The notes below the pieces were generated by a model. That model did no database searches, was not told the DNA's origin, and saw only the letters and a list, made by a program, of their open reading frames with translations. DNA of 53,736 bases from a virus (taxonomy: Duplodnaviria; Caudoviricetes): the IMG/VR virus record IMGVR_UViG_3300045005_000056, positions 1 through 53,736 of that record; one strand, 5' to 3'. Positions within the stretch are counted from its first letter, which is position 1. Each line of letters begins with the position of its first letter. The translations under genes and the position numbers were made by a program. This document shows positions 35,790-45,368 of this stretch, one piece after another.

Positions 35790-37760
35790 ATGGCGACGCA
35801 AGATCAGCTCCTCTTCTTCTCGTCGGGCGGCCAACCGAAGCGCCACAACGAGACGACGCTTGGTCTTCGCGTCGCCTCGCTCGGTGTCGGCGTCGCTGCG
35901 TCAACAACGGATGGCGACATGCTCGGCACGCGCGCAGCGCTCGGCGCCACGTCGTTCTTCAGCACCGAGCGCTTGCGCGTGTCGGGCGCCGCGCTAGCAG
36001 TCGACTTCACAAGCACGAACGCGATCTGGGCGTCGGCGACCGGCAGCGGTAACATCCTGTTCGCCGTCGATACTCAGAACGGCCGACTATCGATCGGCAC
36101 CTCAAATCCGCTGGCGCCGATTGACGCGACCGTGAACGACGCCGTAAACGGCGACGTTACCAATCTGCTGCGGCTGAATCACAACACGACCGGGACGGCA
36201 GCAAACGGAATCGGCTCTGGCATTCTGTTCACCGCAGAGAACGCCGGTGGCACGACCAACGTGAATTCTGCGCGCATCGCAGGCAGCTTGATCACGGCGA
36301 CGGCTGGAAGCGAGGCGGGGGCACTCTTATTCAGCGCGCTATCAAGCGGTTCCCTCGTAAGCCGGATGCGAATTACCGGGGCAGGTACGCAGCTCGGTAA
36401 CATAGGCGGCTTGACCGCGGCGCTGCTCGAAATGATCCAGCCGGCGCAGACGAGTGGCAACCCGAAGGCGCTGAAGATCACTGGCGGCGCGCATACGACG
36501 CTGACGCCAGCTGGCGCCGACTTCTTCGACGTCGACCTCGTCATCAACCGCACGGTCAACTTCACTGCGGGCGCGGCGATCAACTGGGCCGGCGGCATGC
36601 GCATTGGTGCCGGCCCAACGTTCACGGCGTCGGCGTCGCAGACGGTCAACAACCTCTCGACGTTGCGGGTCGAGGGAGAACCCACTGCGGGCACGAACCT
36701 CGTCGGTGATCTGGATACGTCCGCGCTCTCGGTGAGTGGCCGAACCATCTTCTTCGCCGACAAGCCGACCGGCAGCGCGACCGACTACCAGGGGCTCACG
36801 CTCCAGGTCGAACTGGGCGGTGGCACGCAGAGCGCTGACTTCATGGGAGGCGCCGCGGTCGTCGCCCTGTTGGGAAGCTCGGTGCTTAGTGGAACGGCCG
36901 TCGCAGTTGGATGGGGCGGCGTCGGCTTGCACAAATCGACCGGAACTGCCACCCGTGTCGACGGATTGTTCGGCACGTTCCGCGGCAGTGGCCCGGGCGT
37001 CGCGCTAGGCACCGTCACCCATGGCGCAGGTGTCACCGGAGAGTTTGGCTACGACGACGACGACGGCCTACCAACGAGCGGCTCGATCACGAACGGCTAC
37101 TGCTTTCGCGGGCTGCCGCCCATCAACATTTCGGCTGCGCGCGCCGTGCCGACTGCACGGTGCTTCTATGCCCCGAACATGGGCGCGACTGGCGTCACCA
37201 ACGCCTACGGCATCGACATCGAGGCGCAGTCGGGCGCTAGTTCAGTGAGCCTCGGCGCGCGAATAGCGAGCGGCGTCAGGATCACGAGCGGCGGGTTGAT
37301 GATCGGACTCGACTCCTCGCCTAGTTCCGGCGTATCGCTTCACGTTGACGGCGGAGACGCACTACTCAAGAGTCACTCGGCCTTCGCGTCGAGCGGTGCT
37401 ATTCGCACGACGTCTGCGGTGCAGACGACAAATGCGACTGTTACTGCCCTCAAGACGATCGCACTTGCTGACAACACCGTCTACACGATCCTCGTCTTCG
37501 TCGAGGCTCGGCGAACTGACGTGGCGGGTCGCTCTGGGTTCTACCGGCGGGCGGTTGTGTTCCGCGAAGCTGCTGGCGCGGCAACCCTGGTCGGCACGGT
37601 CGACACCATCGGGGCCGACAAGACGTCGGGCACCATCACCGCGTCGGTCGACGTCGTCGTGACCGGCGACAACCTGGTCGTTCAGGTCACGGGTGCCGCG
37701 GCGCAGACGATCAACTGGGCGTGCGGCGTCGACTATCAAGGCGTGAGCGGAAATGCTTGA
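35790..37760 (+). CDS. Second tail fibre / receptor-binding protein
   Basis: 656 aa beta-rich; LSIGTSNP, RMRITGAG fibre motifs. Confidence 0.8.
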   Translation: MATQDQLLFFSSGGQPKRHNETTLGLRVASLGVGVAASTTDGDMLGTRAALGATSFFSTERLRVSGAALAVDFTSTNAIWASATGSGNILFAVDTQNGRLSIGTSNPLAPIDATVNDAVNGDVTNLLRLNHNTTGTAANGIGSGILFTAENAGGTTNVNSARIAGSLITATAGSEAGALLFSALSSGSLVSRMRITGAGTQLGNIGGLTAALLEMIQPAQTSGNPKALKITGGAHTTLTPAGADFFDVDLVINRTVNFTAGAAINWAGGMRIGAGPTFTASASQTVNNLSTLRVEGEPTAGTNLVGDLDTSALSVSGRTIFFADKPTGSATDYQGLTLQVELGGGTQSADFMGGAAVVALLGSSVLSGTAVAVGWGGVGLHKSTGTATRVDGLFGTFRGSGPGVALGTVTHGAGVTGEFGYDDDDGLPTSGSITNGYCFRGLPPINISAARAVPTARCFYAPNMGATGVTNAYGIDIEAQSGASSVSLGARIASGVRITSGGLMIGLDSSPSSGVSLHVDGGDALLKSHSAFASSGAIRTTSAVQTTNATVTALKTIALADNTVYTILVFVEARRTDVAGRSGFYRRAVVFREAAGAATLVGTVDTIGADKTSGTITASVDVVVTGDNLVVQVTGAAAQTINWACGVDYQGVSGNA

Positions 37761-38202
37761 TGGGATGCCGATGATGACGCCAGAATTTCAGCGATTGTTA
37801 CTTCAACGACTCGACGCCAGCGATGCAGGCGCCCAGCGAATCGAACGCGCCATCGAGCGCCAAGCCGAGCGGTTCGATTCGTTTGCGGAAGAGAATGCCC
37901 GCGAACATGCGGCGCTGAACCGCATGGTCGCCAGCCACGGAGCGCAACTCCAGCTACACGAACACCGTATCGGCGCGGCCGAAACTTCGCTCGGCAAGGT
38001 CGGCGAAGGGCTTGGCGATCTGAGCGAAACGACCGGCAAGCACGAGATTTCGAAGATCGAATCGGATGCGAAGCGCGCCGTCGAGCGCGCGCGCGAATTA
38101 GAAGATGGCGCGCGCTACTGGAAGCGCTGGGCCGTCGCCGTGCTCGTCGGGCTCGCGGCCTCGATCGCAACGAGCTTGGTGACGCGCGTGTTTTGGCGAT
38201 AG
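37753..38202 (+). CDS. Coiled-coil protein with C-terminal TM helix (lysis accessory)
   Basis: WAVAVLVGLAASIATSLV; start of lysis region. Confidence 0.6.
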   Translation: MLDGMPMMTPEFQRLLLQRLDASDAGAQRIERAIERQAERFDSFAEENAREHAALNRMVASHGAQLQLHEHRIGAAETSLGKVGEGLGDLSETTGKHEISKIESDAKRAVERARELEDGARYWKRWAVAVLVGLAASIATSLVTRVFWR

Positions 38203-38211
38203 TCTGCCGGC

Positions 38212-38511
38212 ATGATCGTCGCGAAGATCGTGCAATGGCTGTCGACCGGCACCGGCCGAATTGTGTCCGCTCTGATGCTCTTCGGCGCCGTGTGGCTTTT
38301 GGAAAACAGCCCTATCGTGAAGGACTGGCTCGACGGCAAGCCGGCCGCGAAGCGCGCGTCGGCGATCGCGCTCGCGATCTTGCCGGCGGCAGCAGCCGGG
38401 CTGTGGGCGGGCGTGCCGCTTGATGACGTATGGCAAACGGCCGTGACGGCTTTCCTCGCGGCCACTGGCTTGAACCAGCTCACTCACAAGATGAAGGCGG
38501 CCGACAAGTGA
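38212..38511 (+). CDS. Putative holin
   Basis: 99 aa, 2-3 hydrophobic segments, basic C-terminus. Confidence 0.65.
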   Translation: MIVAKIVQWLSTGTGRIVSALMLFGAVWLLENSPIVKDWLDGKPAAKRASAIALAILPAAAAGLWAGVPLDDVWQTAVTAFLAATGLNQLTHKMKAADK

Positions 38512-38963
38512 GGCGCTGCCTTGGAATCCTCGCGCTTGCGCTGGTGCTCGGATCGCCGCTCGGTCCCCTCGGCTGCGCTGGACTTCTGCCCGCGCTCGCG
38601 CAGCTCGCGAGCGGTGCGTCGTGGCTCGGATCGCTCGTGTCGGTCGCAGACGCCGGGCAGCAAGCATATTTTTTGCGACACCCAAACATCGAGAGACAGG
38701 CGAAGGTCGACGCGGCACTTCGTCGCGCACGCGGCGCGCTAGCCGATCTCACTGGGGCAATCGCCGCCGGCGAGTCCCTCGGCAAGGGAGACCGCGACAA
38801 GGCCAAGGCGGATGCGCTAGCCGCCTACGCTGACCTGCGCGGCACGCTCGATGATCTGGGCGTTCTCTCCGCAGAGCCGCCTCTCGGCGGCGCGGAAACT
38901 GAGGCGCCGAAACCCGTACCTTTTGCGCTTCCGTCGCCGAACGATATCGCCGACCGGCTGTAG
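38508..38963 (+). CDS. Lipoprotein (spanin-like or exclusion)
   Basis: MRR-hydrophobic stretch-LGPLG|C lipobox-like signal. Confidence 0.65.
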   Translation: MRRCLGILALALVLGSPLGPLGCAGLLPALAQLASGASWLGSLVSVADAGQQAYFLRHPNIERQAKVDAALRRARGALADLTGAIAAGESLGKGDRDKAKADALAAYADLRGTLDDLGVLSAEPPLGGAETEAPKPVPFALPSPNDIADRL

Positions 38964-39153
38964 CTTACTGACACTGGATTAGTGTCATTATTTCCCGCTG
39001 CCGCGCCAGGAGGGCCTATAGCGCGCCGCGCGCTTCGCGGTCGGCATCGATAGCCAGTCGGCACACGACGTGTTCTATGGCTGTTTATGTGCCGCGGTTG
39101 ACGGTTCCCCTCGCGGCGGGTAGGGTTTCCGTTCGTCGGTGGACCACGCGACC

Positions 39154-39693
39154 ATGATCCGCACACTTGCGACTATTGCGCTGGCGATCGCGACCGCGAA
39201 CCCCCGGCTACCGGCGGCGGCGACGCGTTCGCACGCTGCGGTGCTCAGGGCTCACGTGTCGGGCACCGGGCTCGACCCGCTCGACGTCGTCGCAATCATC
39301 TGGGAGGAGAGCGGGTGGCGCTCAGGCGCGATCTCGCCGGATGGCGAGGACGTCGGGCTCGGGCAGATTCGGGTGCGGCATCTTCCGGGCTGCCGCCGCG
39401 ACCCGGACCCGGTTCGGAACCCCGGCCCGGACTGTCGAGCGGCGCGCGCGTCGTTGCTCGACCCAGCGAACAACATGCGCTTGACGGTGCAGGCGCTCAC
39501 ACGGTGGAGGTCGATATGTCGCAAGAAAGTGGGACGAACGGATCTGGCGAGCTTTCTGGCGGGTTACGGCGGCCTGAATTCCCCGGCGCACAACCATTGG
39601 TGCGGCTGGAAGAAGTCGCGGGGCAAGTGGGTGCGCCAGCCGCATCCGGGCGTACGGCGAGCGCTGGAATACCGGCGTCGTCTTCGGGCGTAG
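39154..39693 (+). CDS. SLT-like lytic transglycosylase
   Basis: AIIWEESGW (catalytic E-S), DVGLGQI, LLDPANN, LAGYGG. Confidence 0.8.
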   Translation: MIRTLATIALAIATANPRLPAAATRSHAAVLRAHVSGTGLDPLDVVAIIWEESGWRSGAISPDGEDVGLGQIRVRHLPGCRRDPDPVRNPGPDCRAARASLLDPANNMRLTVQALTRWRSICRKKVGRTDLASFLAGYGGLNSPAHNHWCGWKKSRGKWVRQPHPGVRRALEYRRRLRA

Positions 39694-39859
39694 ACTTCGG
39701 CGTCACGTTCTCGCCCGCCGAGCTCGACGAGCTAGTGAAGCGCGATGCTTATCTGAAGCTGCGCGCGAAGGGCCTCGAGATGGCCGAGGGCCGCTTCTTC
39801 GAGCGCGCGAGGGTTCAGCGCTTCCTCGACGGCGGCGTGCGCGTCGGCGTGGTGGACCC

Positions 39860-40330
39860 GTGAGTTGGTGGCTGCCGCTCGTCTACGGTGCGGCCGGCTA
39901 CGTCGTCGCGACCGTCGTTCACACGATCCTGATGCACCGGAGCGCCCCGCGGTCGCACCAGCGATACCGCGAGACGATCTTGATGGCGCTTCACCGGCGG
40001 CTGAATCTAGAAGCCGAGATCGCCGACATCGACCAAGAGCTGTGCGAGCTGTGGCAGAAAGCCCCGGACCAGCAAGCCCGCCTCATCGTGACGAACGTCG
40101 AGCGAGCGCGCACGGTTGCTCCGGCGCTTCTGCGCCTAGCGAAACGCTTCGGCTTCGACGTGCCTGATGAGGCGATCGTGAATCGCGACATCAAGCCGGC
40201 GAACGTGATCGTTCACGAAGCTGCCTCGGTCGTTCACGAAACGCCGCCCGACGTTCAGGAAAGCGACCGCCCGTTCAACGCGTGGGGAGCGCCAGCTGAG
40301 CGCAATTCGAACGGCACGTCGGCGAACTAG
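39860..40330 (+). CDS. Membrane-anchored hypothetical protein with kinase-loop-like peptide
   Basis: N-terminal TM; IVNRDIKPANVIV. Confidence 0.6.
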   Translation: MSWWLPLVYGAAGYVVATVVHTILMHRSAPRSHQRYRETILMALHRRLNLEAEIADIDQELCELWQKAPDQQARLIVTNVERARTVAPALLRLAKRFGFDVPDEAIVNRDIKPANVIVHEAASVVHETPPDVQESDRPFNAWGAPAERNSNGTSAN

Positions 40331-40350
40331 TGGCGTGGTAGCCTCGGCGC

Positions 40351-41829
40351 ATGTCGACTCCCTTCATCACGCGCGCTGAGGACCTATGGATCCATCCGTC
40401 TGGGTGGGTTGAGATCGCTCCGAAACGCTGGCTGACGAGGCGTCCACTTTGGGATCGCGTCAACGACTGCGTCGCGCGTCCTGGTCATGGTCCAGCCGGG
40501 GCATGGCTTCGGGCGAATAGGTGCCGTCTTCCTGCCGCGGCTGAGTACGAGCTGTTACATCAAGTGGCGCTTTGGATCGCGCCCGTCACGTTGCCGACGC
40601 ACGACATGCTGCGCGCCGATGGTGTTCCTGCGCCGTTCTCTGATTCCAAGGGGCGCGACCTGCCGCACATGCGCGACTACCGGGCGCGGAACATGCGCTC
40701 GCAAGCGTGGTGCAAAATCCACGACGAGCGCGTCGCGGCGCTTCTCGTGGCTGCCGGATATGACGGCACGCAACCCGTTGCGAACGACGGCAAGCACTTC
40801 GATTGCGACGGCGACATCATCGGCTGGTGGAAGTTCGCGGCACCAAGAAACGAGAAGATTCAGAACGAGAGCCCAGCGCACAGAGCCGAACCGACATTCA
40901 CCGATTACGCGACCAATGTTCATGGTGCATTCGATGGCGAAACGCCGCCGTCGCTGGTCGCTGGTGGAGCCCTCCCAGCGCCCACGCCCGCGCCGTCGAA
41001 GCCGCGCGCCGTCGCCACGCCGCCATCAGAGCTAATGCGCGCCGACAAGGGGCCAGCCGTGAAGACGGTCCAGCAGCAACTCATCGTGCTCGGCTACGAT
41101 CTTGGAAAGTGGGGCGCAGACGGATCGTTTGGCGCAGTGACAGAAGCCGCGGTGAAGTCGTTCCAGCGCGATTACGGTCTGCCCGTCGATGGCATCGTCG
41201 ACGCCGACGTGATGGCCGCGCTGCGCGACGCGAAGCCACCAGACACGCAGCCGACGCCGGGCTCGATGCCGAGCTGGGCCGTCGAGCCCATACCATTCGT
41301 TGCCGCGGCGAACTTCACGAAGGCTGGCCGAACGAAGGTCACGCTCATCGTGATCCACACGATGGAAGCGCCCGAGAAGCCGACGACCGCTGAAAGCGTC
41401 GCCGCGTGGTTCGCCGGGCAGCGCGGCAAAGCTCCGATGGCCAGCGCGCACTACTGCTGTGATTCTGATTCCGTGGTACAGGGCGTCGACGAAGCAGACG
41501 TCGCGTATGCCGCGCCGGGCGCGAACGCTCAAGGCATCCAGTTCGAGCTCGCCGGCTACGCAAAGCAGAGCGCCTCCGACTGGTCCGACGACGATTCGCA
41601 GAAGATGCTCGACCGTGTGGCGCGCATCGCCGCTAAGGCGTGCAAGCGCTGGAGTATCCCGGTCGTGAAGCTCGGGCCGGAGGATTTGCTTGCCGGACGC
41701 GCGGGGTTCTGCGGCCACGTCGATGCCTCGAAGGCGTTCAAGCGGTCAAACCACTACGATCCTGGACAAAACTATCCATGGGATGCGTTCCTCGAATGCG
41801 TGCGCGGCTATTTGAAGCAGATCGGCTGA
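40351..41829 (+). CDS. Modular endolysin: unassigned N-domain + PG-binding + Amidase_2
   Basis: VQQQL..LGY.....GADGSFG..TEAAVKSFQ..GL.VDGIV; IVIHTME, ASAHY, GIQFELAG, GH...HYDPG. Confidence 0.9.
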   Translation: MSTPFITRAEDLWIHPSGWVEIAPKRWLTRRPLWDRVNDCVARPGHGPAGAWLRANRCRLPAAAEYELLHQVALWIAPVTLPTHDMLRADGVPAPFSDSKGRDLPHMRDYRARNMRSQAWCKIHDERVAALLVAAGYDGTQPVANDGKHFDCDGDIIGWWKFAAPRNEKIQNESPAHRAEPTFTDYATNVHGAFDGETPPSLVAGGALPAPTPAPSKPRAVATPPSELMRADKGPAVKTVQQQLIVLGYDLGKWGADGSFGAVTEAAVKSFQRDYGLPVDGIVDADVMAALRDAKPPDTQPTPGSMPSWAVEPIPFVAAANFTKAGRTKVTLIVIHTMEAPEKPTTAESVAAWFAGQRGKAPMASAHYCCDSDSVVQGVDEADVAYAAPGANAQGIQFELAGYAKQSASDWSDDDSQKMLDRVARIAAKACKRWSIPVVKLGPEDLLAGRAGFCGHVDASKAFKRSNHYDPGQNYPWDAFLECVRGYLKQIG

Positions 41830-41921
41830 TTGGCCGTGCAACCGCTTGCACTTGTGACCGTCTGGAACACGCGGCAGCCAGTGCGCAGCGTCAAAGTCGA
41901 ACATCTTGGCAATTCGGATCA

Positions 41922-42560
41922 TCAGCTCACTCCACCCTTGAATAGCGCCATCTGCCTGCGCGCCGCGTCTAGCGGTCCAACAGTCTTGGCGAACCTCGAC
42001 GCGCTCGTACCATCAAAGCTCGTGACGCCCTCGGACGTGCAGATCGCGATCCTGCGCGCAGTGTTGACGCGCCCGACATGAACCCAGCATCCCACCTCGC
42101 GACCGAGCTTTGCCCAAGTGCCCATCGTTTTCTCCTTCCACTCGGTCGATCCGCCGACGAAAAGCCCGACACGCGATCCCAGGAAGCCGCGCACGTCGCC
42201 AGCCACCATGCCGTCCTGCACCGCGAGCAGCGCCCGCGGCGACTCATCGAGCACGACGCGCATCCAGCGCAGGGAGGTGTCGAGCGACGCCATCCCGCCA
42301 CACACCACGTCCGGCAGCACCGTCCAGTCGGCGTCACGACCGAGCTTGCGAAGTGCTACTACGAATGCCCGATCGTCGAATGCCTTGCCCTGCCGATAGG
42401 CAGTCCACGCGCCATTGTCGAGCGCGTAGCGAAATCCCTCCGCGCGCAAGCAGCCGGTAGCTGACACAAGCAGGCGCCAGCCGTGCTCGTGTAGTGACGC
42501 CAGGTTCCGCCGCGTCCCCGTGCGCGATGCATACGCGAGAACTTTAGGCGATTCACTCAT
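41922..42560 (-). CDS. TGT/DpdA-like (queuine tRNA-ribosyltransferase-like) protein
   Basis: ALDNGAW, VLPDVV, AVQDG, LFVGGS, VHVGRVN, SFDGT pattern. Confidence 0.6.
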   Translation of the reverse strand: MSESPKVLAYASRTGTRRNLASLHEHGWRLLVSATGCLRAEGFRYALDNGAWTAYRQGKAFDDRAFVVALRKLGRDADWTVLPDVVCGGMASLDTSLRWMRVVLDESPRALLAVQDGMVAGDVRGFLGSRVGLFVGGSTEWKEKTMGTWAKLGREVGCWVHVGRVNTARRIAICTSEGVTSFDGTSASRFAKTVGPLDAARRQMALFKGGVS

Positions 42561-42843
42561 GCGCTCCCCCTTTCGGCACGCTCATCAGTTCGAGCGGCGC
42601 GTCCTTCGCCGCGCGGTCGAGCGGCACGAGCACCGTCGAATCATCGTCGACCACGACGTGCGCGTTGTTGATCCGTTGCTCGACGCGCGCGACTTCGTGC
42701 CCGCACTTGCAGACGATGCGTACGCCGCCGCAAGCGATCGGTCCCTTGTCGTTCTGCTGAATGATGATCGCCGGCCGATGCTGAAGCTCGGCGCCGCACT
42801 TGCGCAGCAACTCGGGGTCAACGTGGATGAGGCGCTCAGCCAT
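42553..42843 (-). CDS. Hypothetical protein
   Basis: CKCGH motif; coupled. Confidence 0.55.
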   Translation of the reverse strand: MAERLIHVDPELLRKCGAELQHRPAIIIQQNDKGPIACGGVRIVCKCGHEVARVEQRINNAHVVVDDDSTVLVPLDRAAKDAPLELMSVPKGGAHE

Positions 42844-43069
42844 CGCACACGCCCTCGACGAACCGAATCGCCATGGCTGCGATCTGAATCGCTTCTGCGC
42901 GCATCCGCTCCTTGGGTCCGTTGGCGCGAACCTCATCCCAAAGCTCGTCGAGCTCTTCGAGAATTACTGCGTAACCCTCATGGGCCGAGTGAAAGTGCGG
43001 GAACTTCCGGCGCGCGGCTGCGAGTTCCTCGATGATCTCGAGAATGATTTCTGGCTGCAACGGCGTCAT
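42836..43069 (-). CDS. MazG-like nucleotide pyrophosphohydrolase domain
   Basis: HEGYAVILEELDELWDEV...EAIQIAAMAIRF. Confidence 0.75.
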   Translation of the reverse strand: MTPLQPEIILEIIEELAAARRKFPHFHSAHEGYAVILEELDELWDEVRANGPKERMRAEAIQIAAMAIRFVEGVCDG

Positions 43070-43944
43070 TGTGCGATCGCGAATAGGTCCTGTTGCCTGG
43101 CTGCCGATGCAATGTTGCGAGACGCCTGCTCGTAGTACGAGCGTTTGAGCTCAATCCCGATGAAGCGCCTGCCCATCTCGCGGGCGACGTGGCCCTCGCT
43201 GCCGATTCCCATAAATGGCGAAAATACCACGTCACCGGGGTTCGTCCACAATTCAATGCATCGCCTAATGACGCCGAGCTGCAACGGGCAGATATGGCGC
43301 TCGTCCTCATGCTCGCGCGCGGAACGATACTGGATCGTGTCGCTCGGATTGATGTCATGCCACACCGGCGAGGCATATCGCTGCCACAGGCTCACCGGGA
43401 AGGTTTCATTCGTGTGCGTCACGCGCTCGGGGTTGTCGCCCGGCTTGCGCATCGTCACCACGTAGTCCGGTATCCCTTGGCGCGACATGCACGAATCCTT
43501 CTTGATCTGTTTGTGGAGCAATCCGAGCGCCTTGGTCCTCTGCATGGCAGTCACCGGATCCTTCCAGATGACGACCTCGGAGTGGTAGATCCATCCCGCC
43601 TCGATGAACATGGCGATGAGTCGACCGCGGAAGTCGGATAGTCCGATGTACCCGTCACGTGCCTTCGATGTCGGTAAATTCATGCAGTGGAAGCTGCACA
43701 GCCGCCCCGCCATCGTGACGCGAAGCAGTTCCGAAATGAGGAACGCGAAGTGCTTCGCGAACGTATCGTGATCGGCGCAATTTCCCATGTCCCGCTCGCT
43801 ATTCGAGTAGGTGTACAGCGACGCGAATGGCGGGCTGAATATAGAGTAGTGGACAGATGCATCAGGGATCCCTCCGATCACCTCCACCGCGTCGCCGTGG
43901 TACAGGGCCGCGTCATCTCCGATTTTCTGCGTTATCACCTTCAT
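43066..43944 (-). CDS. DNA methyltransferase (N4-C/N6-A, beta class)
   Basis: FSPPF motif IV; HICPLQ; DVVFSPFMGIGSEG motif I. Confidence 0.92.
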   Translation of the reverse strand: MKVITQKIGDDAALYHGDAVEVIGGIPDASVHYSIFSPPFASLYTYSNSERDMGNCADHDTFAKHFAFLISELLRVTMAGRLCSFHCMNLPTSKARDGYIGLSDFRGRLIAMFIEAGWIYHSEVVIWKDPVTAMQRTKALGLLHKQIKKDSCMSRQGIPDYVVTMRKPGDNPERVTHTNETFPVSLWQRYASPVWHDINPSDTIQYRSAREHEDERHICPLQLGVIRRCIELWTNPGDVVFSPFMGIGSEGHVAREMGRRFIGIELKRSYYEQASRNIASAARQQDLFAIAQ

Positions 43945-45368
43945 GTTGTCACCTCCTCCGTTCTCAGCCATCGCGGGATCATCATGTCGACCATCGGCGC
44001 GTAGGTCGTTTCAGTCCGCACCATCATACCGAGCGAAGCGCGCGTCACCGGAGCCATGTGTGCGCCCATCTCGGCCGTGAGCCGCTCGGCGTCTGCCTCC
44101 TTGCGTTTCAGGTTCTCAAGGACCGCGATCTCCTGCTCGCTTAGCACTACGTGGACGTCGACCGGTCTGGTTTGGCCGAAGCGCCAGCACCGACGAATTG
44201 CCTGATACATGCTCTCGAAGCTGTGATCGATGCCGGCGAAGCACATGCGGGCGCAATGCTGCCAGTTGAGCCCCCACCCAGCGATCGACGCCTTGCTGAC
44301 CAGCACGCGATATTTTCCAGTGGCGAACCCGTTCAACCGCTCCTCCTTTTCATCCAGGGACATCGCGCCCGATACTTCAACAGCGTCGTGGATCGATTCA
44401 GATAGAGCGACGCTCTCATCGTTGAGCTGGCACCACACGACCCATGGTTCTCGCGAGCCATTGACCATGTCGGCCACCAGCGCGACGCGCTCGTTTAACG
44501 ACGCGCGCTTGGCGGCCCGCTGGTCGTTCAGCGTTCGAGCATCGGCGGCCCACAGAAGTCCCTGTTCATGGGCTATGGTTGCCGTATCGACGGATACGAC
44601 ATGCTGCCGTATTGTGAGGGGCGGCAGGTCGTAGTTGCGATCATCGTACCCGAGGGCGCTCGGATGGTTCACATTGACAGCCCATGATGCGAGCCACGTC
44701 CAAAAGTCTCTAGCCGCGTGACCCTTGAGCCGCCACTTCTGAGTCTCGCCACCATCGTGGACGAAAAACATCGCCAACATCTCCGCGCGCGTCATTGCAC
44801 CGATAAACTCGGCGTGGTTGCCGAGCTCCATGTAGTCGTTTGGCGCAGGTGTCGCGGAGCAGCAGAGACGAAACTGGGTTCTGCCGAACAACTCGATTAG
44901 CTGGTTACGGGTCTTGCTCGTGTAGTCACGCAAACAACTGCTCTCGTCGAGTACCACGCCGCCGAACTTGGTCGCATCGAACTTGTGCAGGCGCTCATAA
45001 TTGGTGACCGTCAGCATGGCTGCATCGCCAAGCTCACGCGCATGCACCAGCTCGATATTCAGCTTGGCAGCCTCGGCCACAAACTGATCGGCCACGGCTA
45101 GCGGAGTCAGGATGAGCACTGGCATGCCGGTGTGGTCGGCCACCACACGGGACCACTCGATCGCCATTGCGCTCTTTCCGAGTCCCGTACCGGCCCAGAG
45201 CGCGGCCTTCCCTCTCCGAAGAGCCCACCGTGTCAGGTCGCGCTGGAACGGGAATAGCCGCGGATGCAGAGTCGGCGGGTCATCGATTCCTGTTGGATTG
45301 ACCACAATCCGTTTCGACTGCAAGAACTGATCGTATTGAGTTAACAGTGCCTCAGGCTTTCCGTGCAT
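43941..45368 (-). CDS. SNF2-like SF2 helicase
   Basis: GTGLGKS, VVLDESS, SATPAPND, GWGLNWQ, QAIRRCWRFGQ. Confidence 0.92.
   Translation of the reverse strand: MHGKPEALLTQYDQFLQSKRIVVNPTGIDDPPTLHPRLFPFQRDLTRWALRRGKAALWAGTGLGKSAMAIEWSRVVADHTGMPVLILTPLAVADQFVAEAAKLNIELVHARELGDAAMLTVTNYERLHKFDATKFGGVVLDESSCLRDYTSKTRNQLIELFGRTQFRLCCSATPAPNDYMELGNHAEFIGAMTRAEMLAMFFVHDGGETQKWRLKGHAARDFWTWLASWAVNVNHPSALGYDDRNYDLPPLTIRQHVVSVDTATIAHEQGLLWAADARTLNDQRAAKRASLNERVALVADMVNGSREPWVVWCQLNDESVALSESIHDAVEVSGAMSLDEKEERLNGFATGKYRVLVSKASIAGWGLNWQHCARMCFAGIDHSFESMYQAIRRCWRFGQTRPVDVHVVLSEQEIAVLENLKRKEADAERLTAEMGAHMAPVTRASLGMMVRTETTYAPMVDMMIPRWLRTEEVTT

Noticed and set aside
39860-40330. Functional protein kinase
   Set aside because: Only the catalytic-loop peptide is present; all other kinase subdomains are absent.
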